A DNA stretch of 64,000 nt, taken from assembly GCA_963829525.1 (NCBI GenBank), contig CAWHIJ010000003.1, forward strand, positions 2,688,001 through 2,752,000. Direction: 5' to 3'. Below are positions 18,828-28,767 of the stretch, piece after piece; the stretch's first letter is position 1; each line of letters starts with the position of its first letter. This DNA is from an uncultured Actinomycetota bacterium. GTDB lineage: Bacteria; Actinomycetota; Actinomycetes; JAHEKZ01. The notes below the pieces were generated by a model. It worked only from the letters and a program-made list of their open reading frames with translations. It ran no database searches and was not told the DNA's origin. Made by a program: the position numbers and the translations under genes.

Positions 18828-20810
18828 CTAGCGGTCGGCGGTCCGCTCGGCGTCCACCGCCATGGACCAGCGGTCGCGTCCACTTTCCTTGGCGGAGTAG
18901 AGGGCGCGGTCGGCCGCCTGGATCAGCTCGCGAGAAGACCCGCCATGCTCGGGATAGACCCCGCAGCCGATCGACACCGTCACAGCGATCGGGATGTCGC
19001 TGTCGTCGGTGGTGAAGGGGCGCGATCGGATGGCGCTGCAGATCCGATCGGCGAGGTTCTCAGCCCCGGCAGCCGTCGTCTCAGGCAGGACGACAGCGAA
19101 CTCCTCGCCGCCGTATCGCGCCAGGGTGTCGACCTCGCGGATCTCGGCCTGAACCCTCGCGGCGAACTCGCGCAGTACAGCGTCACCGCGAGGGTGACCA
19201 TAAGCATCGTTGACCCGCTTGAAGTGGTCGAGGTCGAGCATCAGGACCGACAACGAGCGGTCGAACCGATGCGCACGCTCGACCTCTCGGTTAAGACTGG
19301 TCAACAGATAGCGGTAGTTCCAGACGCCGGTCATCTGGTCGATGGTGGACGCCCGAGTCGCCTCCGCGTGCAGGAGCACGTTCTCGACGGCGATCGACGC
19401 TGGTCCGGCGAGGGACTGAAGTGCAGACTCAGCTGCCGCGTCGAACCCCTTGGGATCGACGGGAGCGAACAACGCGATCACACCGAAGACATGGGGGGGC
19501 CTGCGCAACGGAACCGCGAGCACGCTCCCACTCTGGGGCTCGTTCTCACCGGCGAGCAGCTCGGGTGCCGTTCCCAGCTCTCCCCTCACCGACAGACCGG
19601 ACGCTGCAACGGCTCCCAGCAGCCCATCCCCGACAACCACGGAGCTTGGCACCTGCAGCGAACGAGTTCGCATGCCGTGTTCGGCCTGAAGTGTGAGCCC
19701 ACCGTGTTCGTCACCGAGCATCACGATGCCTGCCTCAGCTCCAACGCTCGTCATCGCGGTCTCGAGCACGACAGGTACCAGAGTCTCGAGGTCGAGTGTC
19801 GCCGACAGCGTTTCACCCAGCCGGCCGAAGTTGGCCTTGAGCGCATCGCGGCTGTCTTCGAGCTCTGTGACGTAGGTGAGCAGCTCGTCGGTCATGTGGT
19901 TGAAGGCACGAGCAAGCCGGCCAACTTCGTCGGAGCGGCGCACCTCCAATGACCTCGTCAGGTCTCCGGACGCCACCGCCTCGGCAGCATCGGTCACCTC
20001 CTCCAGGGGTCCGGTGAGATCGCGGGCGATCGCGACGGCAGCGACAACCGCGACCACCAAGGCGACCAGCACAACGAGGAAGATGGTCTGCACCAGCAGA
20101 CCACTGCCTGGAGTCGGGGTGGCGACAACAACGGTGAACGGCATTCCTGGACCAGCCGGCGCCACCGCCGCTGTGACCCCGTCTTCGCTGACCACCCCGC
20201 CACTCGTCGGAGCATTCGCTGCAAGGTCTGTTGCGGCTGACAGATCGATGGATGGGTCGGATGTGCTGGCAACCACCCTTCCATCAAGGAGAAGCGCGAC
20301 ATCGGCGGTGAAACCGAGCCGTGATCGAAGATCGTCGAGATACGCGGTATCCACTGCTTCGGCGGTGCGCACGGCCGAAAGCTCGGGGGTGTCGGCAACC
20401 ACGACCTGCAGCTCGGTCGTCAGTGCCGGCCCGCCGGCTTCACCTGCAGCGCAGTCGCTCCAAGGTTCGGTGATGAGACCACTGGGTAGCTGCCCGGCAG
20501 AGCTGACCGCGTTGCCTCGGTCGCTGACCACCGAGACCCAGTCGGCTAGGCCATCAGCAACCGCCCGGCGGGTTGCCGTTGCCGGGGAGGTGGACCCTAG
20601 TGTGCGCCCGGTCACCACTGCAGCAGACTGGACCTCATCACAGGTGCGGCTGACCTCGTTCGTAACGCCCGAGCGCGCGCTGAGCACCAGAGTGTCGGCT
20701 CGATCGGCAGCCGCCCGTGGGACGGCGTAAAGGACCAGAATTGCGGCCGCAACGAGCGGCGCGAGCACCAGCGCGACCAGCACCAGCGCCAGACGTGTCC
20801 GCAGCGTCAT
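18828..20810 (-). CDS. Membrane sensor diguanylate cyclase (HAMP-GAF-GGDEF)
   Basis: Two TMs, HAMP (DEVGRLARAFN.M), GAF, RYGGEEF, RxxD I-site REVD. Confidence 0.9.
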   Translation of the reverse strand: MTLRTRLALVLVALVLAPLVAAAILVLYAVPRAAADRADTLVLSARSGVTNEVSRTCDEVQSAAVVTGRTLGSTSPATATRRAVADGLADWVSVVSDRGNAVSSAGQLPSGLITEPWSDCAAGEAGGPALTTELQVVVADTPELSAVRTAEAVDTAYLDDLRSRLGFTADVALLLDGRVVASTSDPSIDLSAATDLAANAPTSGGVVSEDGVTAAVAPAGPGMPFTVVVATPTPGSGLLVQTIFLVVLVALVVAVVAAVAIARDLTGPLEEVTDAAEAVASGDLTRSLEVRRSDEVGRLARAFNHMTDELLTYVTELEDSRDALKANFGRLGETLSATLDLETLVPVVLETAMTSVGAEAGIVMLGDEHGGLTLQAEHGMRTRSLQVPSSVVVGDGLLGAVAASGLSVRGELGTAPELLAGENEPQSGSVLAVPLRRPPHVFGVIALFAPVDPKGFDAAAESALQSLAGPASIAVENVLLHAEATRASTIDQMTGVWNYRYLLTSLNREVERAHRFDRSLSVLMLDLDHFKRVNDAYGHPRGDAVLREFAARVQAEIREVDTLARYGGEEFAVVLPETTAAGAENLADRICSAIRSRPFTTDDSDIPIAVTVSIGCGVYPEHGGSSRELIQAADRALYSAKESGRDRWSMAVDAERTADR

Positions 20811-20870
20811 CAGGCCTCCCCGATCATCATCGGCGCCGCACGCGGCGAAGACTAGGGCCATGATGGACAG

Positions 20871-21464
20871 GTGACCCATATGGAGCAGCCCGATGAGGCC
20901 CCCTCAGGGGGCATTAAGAGCCACAGTGCCTCGGACAAACAGCGTCTGCGCACGCTTCTTCGCGAGGCTCGCGCGCGGCGTCCCGCTGGCGAACGCACTG
21001 CCTTCGCCGAGCGACTCGCCGCGTGGATACCACCGGAAGGGACGCGCCGGGTCAGTTGTTTCGTCGGGGTCGGTGCCGAACCGGACACGGGCCCACTGAT
21101 CGCCGGCCTCAAGGACCGCCACATCGAGGTGCTCCTGCCAATTACGCTCCCCGACTTCTCGCTCGACTGGGCGCTCTACACCGGCCATGACGACCTCGTA
21201 GCAGCACGGTACGGATTGCTCGAGCCAACAGGACCTCGACTGGGCGCAGCAGCCCTGGCCGAAGTCGACATCGTCATCGTTCCTGCCCTGGCTGTTGACG
21301 CAGAGGGTCGCCGACTCGGAAATGGCGCTGGCTGCTACGACCGGGCGCTACTGCACCCCAAGGCAGACACGCCGGTGCTGGCCGTCGTCTTCGACGATGA
21401 ACGACTGTCCGAGGCGCTCCCTGAGGAGCCACACGATCGTCGGGTGGACGGCTTTCTTCTGTGA
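20871..21464 (+). CDS. 5-formyltetrahydrofolate cyclo-ligase
   Basis: EPDT, VPALAVD..G.RLG.GAGCYDRAL, EPHDRRVD. Confidence 0.9.
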   Translation: MTHMEQPDEAPSGGIKSHSASDKQRLRTLLREARARRPAGERTAFAERLAAWIPPEGTRRVSCFVGVGAEPDTGPLIAGLKDRHIEVLLPITLPDFSLDWALYTGHDDLVAARYGLLEPTGPRLGAAALAEVDIVIVPALAVDAEGRRLGNGAGCYDRALLHPKADTPVLAVVFDDERLSEALPEEPHDRRVDGFLL

Positions 21465-21486
21465 GAAGTGCTTCCCTGCGAAGGAC

Positions 21487-24120
21487 CTACTGACCGGCGA
21501 GCATCAGCGTGTCTTTGGCACTCTCGCGGGTGGCCTCGCCGGAGAACGGCCACGGGTACGTTTGTCCGTTGGTCCAGGCCCTGATCTGGTCGGTGTAGTG
21601 CGGATCGAAGACGTGACCGCTCTGACCGGTGAGCTGTACCCAGCGGGAGGCGTCGAGGTTTTCCAGGTCCACCACCATCCGCATTGAGGGGACCCAGTTG
21701 ACCTCGTAGCCCTGGGCCGGATTCCATCCCGTCGCGTTGACGATGCCTTCACCGCCGGCAGTGTCATACGGCCCACGGTTGAAGAGCGCCTCAAGCGGCG
21801 CGATCCCGCTGACGCCGAACGTGGCGTTGGTCAGCTCGAGCTGATGCAGATCACCCCAACGCCATGCGGCCTGGTCGGAGCCGAGCTCGTCGGTGAGCTC
21901 GGCGGTGGCTTCCTCCATTGCCGCCGTTATTACCTCGTCACGCAGCTCCAGCACATCGGGGGTTCGCACATCGTCCCACCAGACGGCCTGGCGGTCGTTG
22001 AGGATCACCTGGAGCACCTCGAACCACCGATCGCCTCCGTCTGGGCGAAGGTCCCCGGTCAGCTCATCGTGGAAGATCCCCGCCAGCAAGTGACGCCACA
22101 CTGCGTTGTAATAGGCCGCCGGAGCCGAGTCGGCGCTCTGCCGGAAGTCCCAGCCGATCAACATCTCACGTGCACGAACGGTGTCGGAGTCGAGAAGCGC
22201 CTCATCGACCTGCATGAGCTCCTCCACCAGAATCGGTGCGAACTGGTTCCGGGTGTCCGTCATCAGTTCGGCCGCTGACGTTGGCGTCAACGGGTCACTT
22301 TCCTTGATCAAGTCGACCAGTCGCTGGCTGCGATAGCCGTATCCCCAGTCACGAGTCAGCAGGTAGGGGTAGTCCTCACCTACGACCGCTTGGTTGGCAG
22401 CCACGATGTACTGCTCGGGAGGGTCGAAAACCCATGGCAGCTGCCCAAACGGAATGTAACGGACCCATCCGTAGAGGGAGCTCCAGCCAGGTGCGGGTGT
22501 CGCGCCATCACCTTCACCTCGGACGGGAATCTTGCCTGGCATCTGGTATCCGATGTGACCGTCGACGTCGGCATAGAGCAGGTTCTGGCTCGGCACCTCG
22601 AACCAGACCGCAGCCGTGCGAAACTCACCGAAATCGGAAGCCGCGTTGAGAGCGAGGATGGCGTCGGCAGTGCGTCCAGGTGTCAGGGCTGTCCACTTGA
22701 GCGCAAGCGCAACCTCGTTCGCGGTTCCCGGAAGGTCAGCAGGACTGAACGTGTCCTCCAGTATCGCCTGGTGGGGCTCGCTGACGTCCGACAGCAGGGG
22801 TCCCCACTCCGTGCTGCGCACGGTGATCTCGACGGGATCGCCCCCAGCGACGTTGATGGTCTCCGAACGGGTCTGCAGCGGGATGAGGCGTCCGTCACGC
22901 ACGTACCGATCACCGTTGAGCGCTTCGTAAGCGAGGTCGGCAACGTCAGAGCCGTTGTTGGTGAAGGCCCAGGCAATGTGGTCGTTGTGCCCGATGATCA
23001 CGCCGGGAACTCCGGAGAATGTGAAGCCACCCACCGAGTAGGGACACCCTGCGCCCACCGGGCGGCACTGCAGATTCATCTGGTACCAAATCCCCGGCAG
23101 GCTTGGCGCCAGGTGCGGGTCGTTTGCCAAGATCGCACCACCGGTGGCTGACCGGTCTCCAGTGACCGCAAAGGAGTTTGAACCGACACCGGGGCCGTAC
23201 TCGCCGAGCCACGCGTCGAGCCGCGCTGCGCCATTCGTCGCCCCCGAGAAGAGCTCTGGAAGAACCGGTGCGAGTGCCGCAGCTGCCGCACCCTGGGCCG
23301 GCCCACCCGCAGGCGACCCGCCGGTTGGCCGGAACTGCCCGTCCACAAGCGATCCGTCCGTGACGATCGGTTGGTGCTGGTCATAGGGGTACGGCGGGTA
23401 GAGCTCAGCGATTCGCGACCGTACGGTCGGCACCAGGAGTGCTCGATCGGTCTCTTCGACAAGGTTGGCGCGAAGGTCCCAAGCCATTGCCTTGAGCCAA
23501 GACACCGAGTCGGCCGGCGTCCAGGCCTCGATCTCGTAATCCGGAGCCGTCACCGCAAGCAGCGCGTACTCAACGCTGACTTGGGTGGCACTGCGATCAT
23601 CGAGGTAGGCGTTCACACCATCGGCGTATGCGGTCAAGGCATCGAGGGTCTCGACGCTCAACTCGCCGAGCTCGGCCTCGGCAACCCGACGCCAGCCCAA
23701 GGTGCGGACGAAGGTGTCGGTCTCGACTTGGGAATCACCGAACATCTCCGACAAACGCCCTGACGTGATGTGCCTTCGTACGTCCATCTCCCAGAAGCGA
23801 TCCTGCGCGTGGACGAACCCCTGAGCGTAGAAGAGGTCGTGCGTAGTGTCCGCCACGATGGTGGGGATTCCGCGCGCATCACGAAGAACATCGACGTCGG
23901 AGTCGAGCCCAGGAAGTGAGATGGTTCCATCGGTCTGGGGGAACGACCGCTGCACCAGCCACCCAGCGGTGGCCGTCGCGGTGATCATCGCTAACGCGGT
24001 GACGCCAGCGATGATCACCAGGATCGTTGGCCACCGTCGGCCCTTGACGAGCTGCGGCCGACGAAACCGGCGCCGCCCGTGCGACGGACGCCGGGTATCG
24101 AGGATCTCCGGCTCTGACAC
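21487..24120 (-). CDS. Penicillin acylase family Ntn-hydrolase
   Basis: AQGFVHAQDRFWEMD, GVG-SNSF (catalytic Ser), ANDPHL, GQSGH. Confidence 0.9.
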   Translation of the reverse strand: MSEPEILDTRRPSHGRRRFRRPQLVKGRRWPTILVIIAGVTALAMITATATAGWLVQRSFPQTDGTISLPGLDSDVDVLRDARGIPTIVADTTHDLFYAQGFVHAQDRFWEMDVRRHITSGRLSEMFGDSQVETDTFVRTLGWRRVAEAELGELSVETLDALTAYADGVNAYLDDRSATQVSVEYALLAVTAPDYEIEAWTPADSVSWLKAMAWDLRANLVEETDRALLVPTVRSRIAELYPPYPYDQHQPIVTDGSLVDGQFRPTGGSPAGGPAQGAAAAALAPVLPELFSGATNGAARLDAWLGEYGPGVGSNSFAVTGDRSATGGAILANDPHLAPSLPGIWYQMNLQCRPVGAGCPYSVGGFTFSGVPGVIIGHNDHIAWAFTNNGSDVADLAYEALNGDRYVRDGRLIPLQTRSETINVAGGDPVEITVRSTEWGPLLSDVSEPHQAILEDTFSPADLPGTANEVALALKWTALTPGRTADAILALNAASDFGEFRTAAVWFEVPSQNLLYADVDGHIGYQMPGKIPVRGEGDGATPAPGWSSLYGWVRYIPFGQLPWVFDPPEQYIVAANQAVVGEDYPYLLTRDWGYGYRSQRLVDLIKESDPLTPTSAAELMTDTRNQFAPILVEELMQVDEALLDSDTVRAREMLIGWDFRQSADSAPAAYYNAVWRHLLAGIFHDELTGDLRPDGGDRWFEVLQVILNDRQAVWWDDVRTPDVLELRDEVITAAMEEATAELTDELGSDQAAWRWGDLHQLELTNATFGVSGIAPLEALFNRGPYDTAGGEGIVNATGWNPAQGYEVNWVPSMRMVVDLENLDASRWVQLTGQSGHVFDPHYTDQIRAWTNGQTYPWPFSGEATRESAKDTLMLAGQ

Positions 24121-24162
24121 GTCTTCGACGCTACTCGACGTTTGGCGTCATCGATGAAACGT

Positions 24163-24525
24163 TCAAGAGCCAAGCCACCAGCCAAGGGCGGCCGCAGCGC
24201 AGCACAGAATCGGGGTTGCGACGACATTGGTGGCGGCCAAGCTTCGTGCGCCGTCCTCGGCGAGTCGGTTCGACTCCCACGCGAACGAGCTGAAGGTTGT
24301 GAGGGCACCACAGAATCCGACCCCCAACAGCGCCACTGCGGTGCTCTGGCTACTCCAGCCGGCAATCAGGAATCCGAGCAGCAATGAGCCCGCGATGTTG
24401 ACGGTGAAGGTGCCCCACGGAAAGACCGAGAGCCACCGACGTTGCACATACACGTCGACCCACCATCGGGTAGGAGCTCCGAGGGCAGCCCCACATGCGA
24501 CCAAGGCAACGCGGGCCATCGTCAT
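24163..24525 (-). CDS. crcB: Fluoride channel Fluc/CrcB
   Basis: FPWGTF.VN, GFCGALTTFSSF. Confidence 0.9.
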   Translation of the reverse strand: MTMARVALVACGAALGAPTRWWVDVYVQRRWLSVFPWGTFTVNIAGSLLLGFLIAGWSSQSTAVALLGVGFCGALTTFSSFAWESNRLAEDGARSLAATNVVATPILCCAAAALGWWLGS

Positions 24526-24533
24526 TTCAAGGT

Positions 24534-24911
24534 CTAGCGACTCGTCGGGTGGTCGTCCCCGCCGAGCTGCTCGTCGTGCGTGCCCACGTACTGCATGACG
24601 GCAACGTCCTCGACCGTGACGATGCCGCCCTTGACGATCTCGGTGACCTTGGGGAGGAAGGCACGAATCTTGGCATCCTCATCGATGATGGTGATGACGA
24701 CGGGAAGATCGTTGGAGAGCGAGACGATTCGCGACGTGTGCACAATCGAGCGACGCCCGAAACTCTCGATGCCGCGCACCACGGTGGCACCGGCCAACCC
24801 GGACTCGCGCGCCAAGATGACGATCTCGGAGTAGACGGGTCGATGGGCGAATACCTCGTCCTCACCAACAATGACCGTCAGCCGCAGCGCATGGCCACTG
24901 AGCTCAGTCAT
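24534..24911 (-). CDS. DUF190 (PII-like) protein
   Basis: GLAGATVVRGIESFG...LSNDLPVVI; ATG 24911 overlaps crcB stop. Confidence 0.85.
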   Translation of the reverse strand: MTELSGHALRLTVIVGEDEVFAHRPVYSEIVILARESGLAGATVVRGIESFGRRSIVHTSRIVSLSNDLPVVITIIDEDAKIRAFLPKVTEIVKGGIVTVEDVAVMQYVGTHDEQLGGDDHPTSR

Positions 24912-25321
24912 CACAGACCTCCCCGATCGGGACGGAGCACCCAGCGGGTCACCTCGGCCGCGCCACGCACGAGGAGGAGTCCGGCGGCCACCGAGCCGAC
25001 CACGTACAGCGCAGCCACACCCGGCGCCCCCGCCTCCACCAGGCGTACCCCTTCGACGGCGAACGCTGAGAACGTAGTGAAGCCTCCCACGAAACCGACC
25101 GCCACCAGCGGACGAACCCACCACGCAGGAGGAGATCCTTCGGTCCAGAGAGTGAGGAGAGCCCCGATCGCCACGCAGCCGATGAGGTTCGCAGCCAACG
25201 TCGCCCAGGGGATGCCGGGTGGAGACCACGGGATGCCGAGAGAGATCGCCCACCTCGTCAACGCCCCTGCGGCACCACCAAGACCCACGACGGCTGCCAT
25301 GCGGAGGTCGGTCCAGGTCAC
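24911..25321 (-). CDS. crcB: Fluoride channel Fluc/CrcB (second subunit)
   Basis: GG..GALTRW, PWATL.AN, GFVGGFTTFSAF; GTG 25321 follows a TACCGT -10. Confidence 0.85.
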   Translation of the reverse strand: MTWTDLRMAAVVGLGGAAGALTRWAISLGIPWSPPGIPWATLAANLIGCVAIGALLTLWTEGSPPAWWVRPLVAVGFVGGFTTFSAFAVEGVRLVEAGAPGVAALYVVGSVAAGLLLVRGAAEVTRWVLRPDRGGL

Positions 25322-25389
25322 GGGCACACGGTAGAGGTGTTCCAACGCCACCTGTCGCATGGCGAAGCCGAAGGACTGATGGCGTAGGC

Positions 25390-25416
25390 TTAGCACTCGT
25401 TCAAGGTGAGTGCCAG
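25390..25416 (+). promoter_or_regulatory. CIRCE element (HrcA operator)
   Basis: TTAGCACTC-N9-GAGTGCCAG directly after TAGGCT -10 (25385-25390). Confidence 0.85.
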
Positions 25417-25486
25417 GTGGCCGATCCACAAACGCTGTTGACCGACCTTCCCAGCACTCGACGCGGGGCGTCCCGAAGGAGTCTGC

Positions 25487-25882
25487 GTGCCCACCTATGC
25501 CTACGTCTGCACTGCGTGCGACCACAGCTTTGAGGCTGTGCAGGCCATCACCGATGACGCGTTGAGTGTGTGCCCCTCCTGCGGAGGAGCGCTGCGGAAA
25601 AAGTTCCATGCCGTTGGTGTGACCTTCAAGGGGTCTGGCTTCTATCGCACCGACAGCCGCAGTGGTTCGACCAAGGGCACCGGTGGCGGCAGTGGATCCA
25701 AGGACTCCGGCTCCGGTAGCGGGTCGAAGGATTCCAGCAGTGGAACCAAGGAGTCCGAAGGCAGCGGGTCAGCGACCACCAAGAGCGGCTCCGACTCGTC
25801 AGGCTCAGGCGGCTCCTCCAGTTCGTCGAGCTCGTCTGGGTCCTCCGGGTCTTCGAGCTCGTCAGGCTCCTCGACCGACTAA
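25487..25882 (+). CDS. FmdB-family zinc-ribbon protein (Rv0991c/Ruc-like) with Ser/Gly tail
   Basis: MPTYAYVCTAC...CPSC...FKGSGFYRTDSR, low-complexity tail. Confidence 0.9.
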   Translation: MPTYAYVCTACDHSFEAVQAITDDALSVCPSCGGALRKKFHAVGVTFKGSGFYRTDSRSGSTKGTGGGSGSKDSGSGSGSKDSSSGTKESEGSGSATTKSGSDSSGSGGSSSSSSSSGSSGSSSSSGSSTD

Positions 25883-25935
25883 CCCTCGCCTGTGGATTGT
25901 CGGCGGCTGCGGTCAGTCCGACGTAGCCTCCCGGC

Positions 25936-26415
25936 ATGACCGCACGGACCCAAGCCGCCTTGACGAAGTCTGACGCCTGGTCCGGCATCCGCCGCCAGCT
26001 CGCTCTGCATCGGCGCATGGTGTCGGCGGCTCTGGCCTTTGTTGCCGTGCTCGTGGGGCTCACGGCCCTGGCTCAATCGCCGGAGCAGCAGGGGCCCTCT
26101 CTCGGATCGGGCACCACACCACCTACGGACGCACTTCTTGCCGGTCACCTTGCCGTTCCCGTTCGCCTGTCCGACCCTGCCGTGACCAAGATGCTCGCTC
26201 CCGGTGACGTCGTCGACGTCATCGTCGCCGACCAAGCAGGGGCCGCACGCTTGGTGGCTGCAGATCTGACCGTGACGGCCGTTCCGAACGCCGATGGTGG
26301 CGGACCATGGACTGACAGCGACGGTCTCGTGATGGTCGCTGCTACCGAGGATGAAGCCCTTGCCTTGGCCGGCGCCACAGCCCGCGGACCGGTCACGGTG
26401 GCGCTGCACCCGTAG
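25936..26415 (+). CDS. SAF/RcpC-CpaB-like protein (Rv0990c-like)
   Basis: TM, AVPVRLSDP, PGDVVDVI; synteny fmdB-X-mscL. Confidence 0.7.
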   Translation: MTARTQAALTKSDAWSGIRRQLALHRRMVSAALAFVAVLVGLTALAQSPEQQGPSLGSGTTPPTDALLAGHLAVPVRLSDPAVTKMLAPGDVVDVIVADQAGAARLVAADLTVTAVPNADGGGPWTDSDGLVMVAATEDEALALAGATARGPVTVALHP

Positions 26416-26465
26416 TCGACCTTCGCTAGGGTTCAGCAGTTGGAAACCGGCTATGAGGAGGACCC

Positions 26466-26849
26466 ATGAAGGGCTTCAAGGAATTTGTCATGCGAGGCAG
26501 TGTCATTGATCTTGCCGTCGCCTTCGTGATCGGCCTCGCAATCGTCGCCCTCATCCAATCGATTGTCGACGGGATCATCACTCCACTCATCGCCGCACTG
26601 TTCGGCGAGCCCAACCTCGACTCCGTCGGGACCTTCGAGATCAACGGTGCCGAGTTCAGCATCGGGATCGTTCTGACGGCCCTCGTCAACTTCTTGCTTA
26701 TCGCTGCGGCTGTGTACTTTCTCATCGTGCTGCCGATGAACAAACTGCGCGAGCGAAAGGGGAAAGAAGAAGAGGCCGCCCCCACCGAGACCGACTTGCT
26801 CACCCAGATCCGTGATGCGCTGCTTGGTCGACCCGACGGCTCCGGCTAA
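26466..26849 (+). CDS. mscL: Large-conductance mechanosensitive channel
   Basis: KGFKEFVMRG.VIDLAVA, NFLLIAAAVYF, LLTQIRDAL. Confidence 0.95.
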   Translation: MKGFKEFVMRGSVIDLAVAFVIGLAIVALIQSIVDGIITPLIAALFGEPNLDSVGTFEINGAEFSIGIVLTALVNFLLIAAAVYFLIVLPMNKLRERKGKEEEAAPTETDLLTQIRDALLGRPDGSG

Positions 26850-26975
26850 CTAGTCGCCGTGGTGCGGGGGGACGTCCTCCCGCAGCCGGTCGTCGTTGTC
26901 GTTCGGCTCATTGTCGGTGTCGTCCTCGGTCTGCTCCGGAAGCAGCGGGGCATCGCGCCAGTCGTTGTTGCTCAC
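26850..26975 (-). CDS. 41-aa acidic small protein
   Basis: MSNNDWRDAPLLPEQTEDDTDNEPNDNDDRLREDVPPHHGD; TACGCT -10 six nt upstream of GTG. Confidence 0.6.
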   Translation of the reverse strand: MSNNDWRDAPLLPEQTEDDTDNEPNDNDDRLREDVPPHHGD

Positions 26976-27026
26976 GAGGCCAGCGTAAAGCAGTCGCTCA
27001 CGGCCGAGTACGCAGTCACCGTCCAG

Positions 27027-27815
27027 CTAGCTCCATCGAAACGCCAAGTAGGCCGACCCGAGTCGCTGCACATCATCGCGGCTGAGCGGCTGCTCATGTC
27101 CGGCGTAAGCCACAGTGACATCCAGCGCAAGCAAGCGGCTCATCGAGGCGACGTAGTCGCCGATGTTCGACTCCGGCAACTCGTCGAGCAGCTCGCCGTC
27201 GTAGAGGACGTCACCGGTGAAGAGCACCCCGGAGTCACGATCGATGAGACCGGCAGACCCAGGAGTGTGGCCAGGAAGGTGAACGACCTCGAACGCGCGG
27301 TCGCCGAGATCGATGACATCACCGTCAGCCAATGGGTCGGTGACAGGTGCGGGCGCGATCGTGTAGCCGCTGACGTCGTACCCCGCATGCGGAACTGCAT
27401 CGACCAGGAATGGGGGCGCGACGCCGCCTGGTGCCTCGGCGGCCAGTGCAGCGGCAAACGACGGTGGAAGGTCGGCAGTGACGAGGGTGGCCTCCTCCGG
27501 CTCGGACAACATCACCGCTTCACTCGCGTGTGAAGCGCGCCGCTCGAACTCGTGGGCCCCACCCGTGTGGTCGTAGTGGCCATGTGTGAAGAACGCCAAC
27601 ACATCACCCTCAAAGAGGTCTGGGTAGGCCGACCGCAACGACGAGATACCCATACCTGTGTCGACGACGAGGTCTCGGTCGCGCCCCTTGACGTGCCAGA
27701 TGTTGGAACGGAGGAACCCGTTCACGCTGGGTTCGAGCACCCAAGTGATCCCCGGCGCCACATCCCGCCGCTCGAACCAGGGGTCGCGAACAGGCATTTC
27801 CACAGGCTTTCCCAT
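27027..27815 (-). CDS. MBL-fold metallo-hydrolase
   Basis: VDTG, THGHYDHTGG, PGHTPG, FTGD, AGH. Confidence 0.85.
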   Translation of the reverse strand: MGKPVEMPVRDPWFERRDVAPGITWVLEPSVNGFLRSNIWHVKGRDRDLVVDTGMGISSLRSAYPDLFEGDVLAFFTHGHYDHTGGAHEFERRASHASEAVMLSEPEEATLVTADLPPSFAAALAAEAPGGVAPPFLVDAVPHAGYDVSGYTIAPAPVTDPLADGDVIDLGDRAFEVVHLPGHTPGSAGLIDRDSGVLFTGDVLYDGELLDELPESNIGDYVASMSRLLALDVTVAYAGHEQPLSRDDVQRLGSAYLAFRWS

Positions 27816-27944
27816 GAGCGCCACCCTTCCACATCCGTGACATTGCTCACGCGTGGCGAGCATGCCGAACCGGCTTCAGCGTCGTAGCGTAAGGATGACC
27901 GCGTTTGACGATTGACCGTAATCGGTAACAGATCGAGGAGCCCC

Positions 27945-28223
27945 ATGAACCGCACTGAGCTCGTCCAGGCCGTTTCCGAGCGAGCCGAAGTGACCAAGGC
28001 GGACGCCGACCGCGTCCTCGCCGCCATGGCAGAGGTCGTGGGTGAGACGATCGCCAAGGACGAGAAGGTCAGCATCCCCGGCTTCCTGACCTTCGAGCGT
28101 GCCTTCCGCGCTGCCCGCACCGCCCGTAATCCGCAGACCGGCGCTGAGATTCAGGTCGCTGCCAAGCACACCGCCAAGGTGAGCGCCGGCGCGACTCTGA
28201 AGAACGCCGCAGCAGGCAAGTAG
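27945..28223 (+). CDS. hup: HU DNA-binding protein
   Basis: MNRTELV, PGFLTFE, RAARTARNPQTG. Confidence 0.95.
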   Translation: MNRTELVQAVSERAEVTKADADRVLAAMAEVVGETIAKDEKVSIPGFLTFERAFRAARTARNPQTGAEIQVAAKHTAKVSAGATLKNAAAGK

Positions 28224-28285
28224 CAACGTTCATAGGGACGGTGACCGCACGGTCACCGTCCTTATGCATGCCCGTACGGGGCGGC

Positions 28286-28756
28286 TCAACCCTTCACAGC
28301 AGCCTCAAGGGCTGCGACGTCAATCTTGACCATCGGCATCATCGCCTGCCAGGCTCGCTGGGCAGCTTCAGCGTCGCCTCCGCCGGAGAGCAGCTGCTGC
28401 AAGTTGGACGGGACGATCTGCCAGGTGATTCCGAACCGGTCGACGACCCAACCGCACTGCTGCTCGGTACCGCCGTCGGACAGCGCCGCCCAGAGCCGGT
28501 CGATCTCAGCCTGGCCGTCGCACGGCACCATGAACGAAGTGGCAGAGCTGTGCTGGTACTGCGGCCCGCCGTTCAGCGCGTTGAAGTCCTGCCCGAAGAT
28601 CCGGAAGCTCGCGGTCATTACCTGTCCCGCGGGAAGGGGCGTTCCCTCGGGTGTGCGTTCGATTCCGGTGACCTCGCCACCAAAGAGCTCCGCGTAGAAG
28701 TTCGCGGCGTCCTCAGCCTGGCCGTCGAACCAGAACCAAATGCTCATTCCCTGCAT
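28286..28756 (-). CDS. VOC/PhnB (3-dmu-9_3-mt) family protein
   Basis: WFDGQAEDAANFY, ALNGGP, CGWVVDRFGITWQIVP. Confidence 0.85.
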   Translation of the reverse strand: MQGMSIWFWFDGQAEDAANFYAELFGGEVTGIERTPEGTPLPAGQVMTASFRIFGQDFNALNGGPQYQHSSATSFMVPCDGQAEIDRLWAALSDGGTEQQCGWVVDRFGITWQIVPSNLQQLLSGGGDAEAAQRAWQAMMPMVKIDVAALEAAVKG

Positions 28757-28767
28757 CGAAGCGCACC

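Noticed and set aside
16471-19952. Long plus-strand ORFs (16471-17844, 18309-19952) and similar shadow ORFs
   Set aside because: Antisense to well-supported genes; expected in high-GC DNA; no recognisable motifs.
25322-25400. Fluoride riboswitch upstream of crcB
   Set aside because: No matching motif on the minus strand; crcB looks leaderless; the visible palindrome is a CIRCE.
25660-25880. Ser/Gly low-complexity repeat
   Set aside because: Ordinary disordered tail of FmdB-family proteins.
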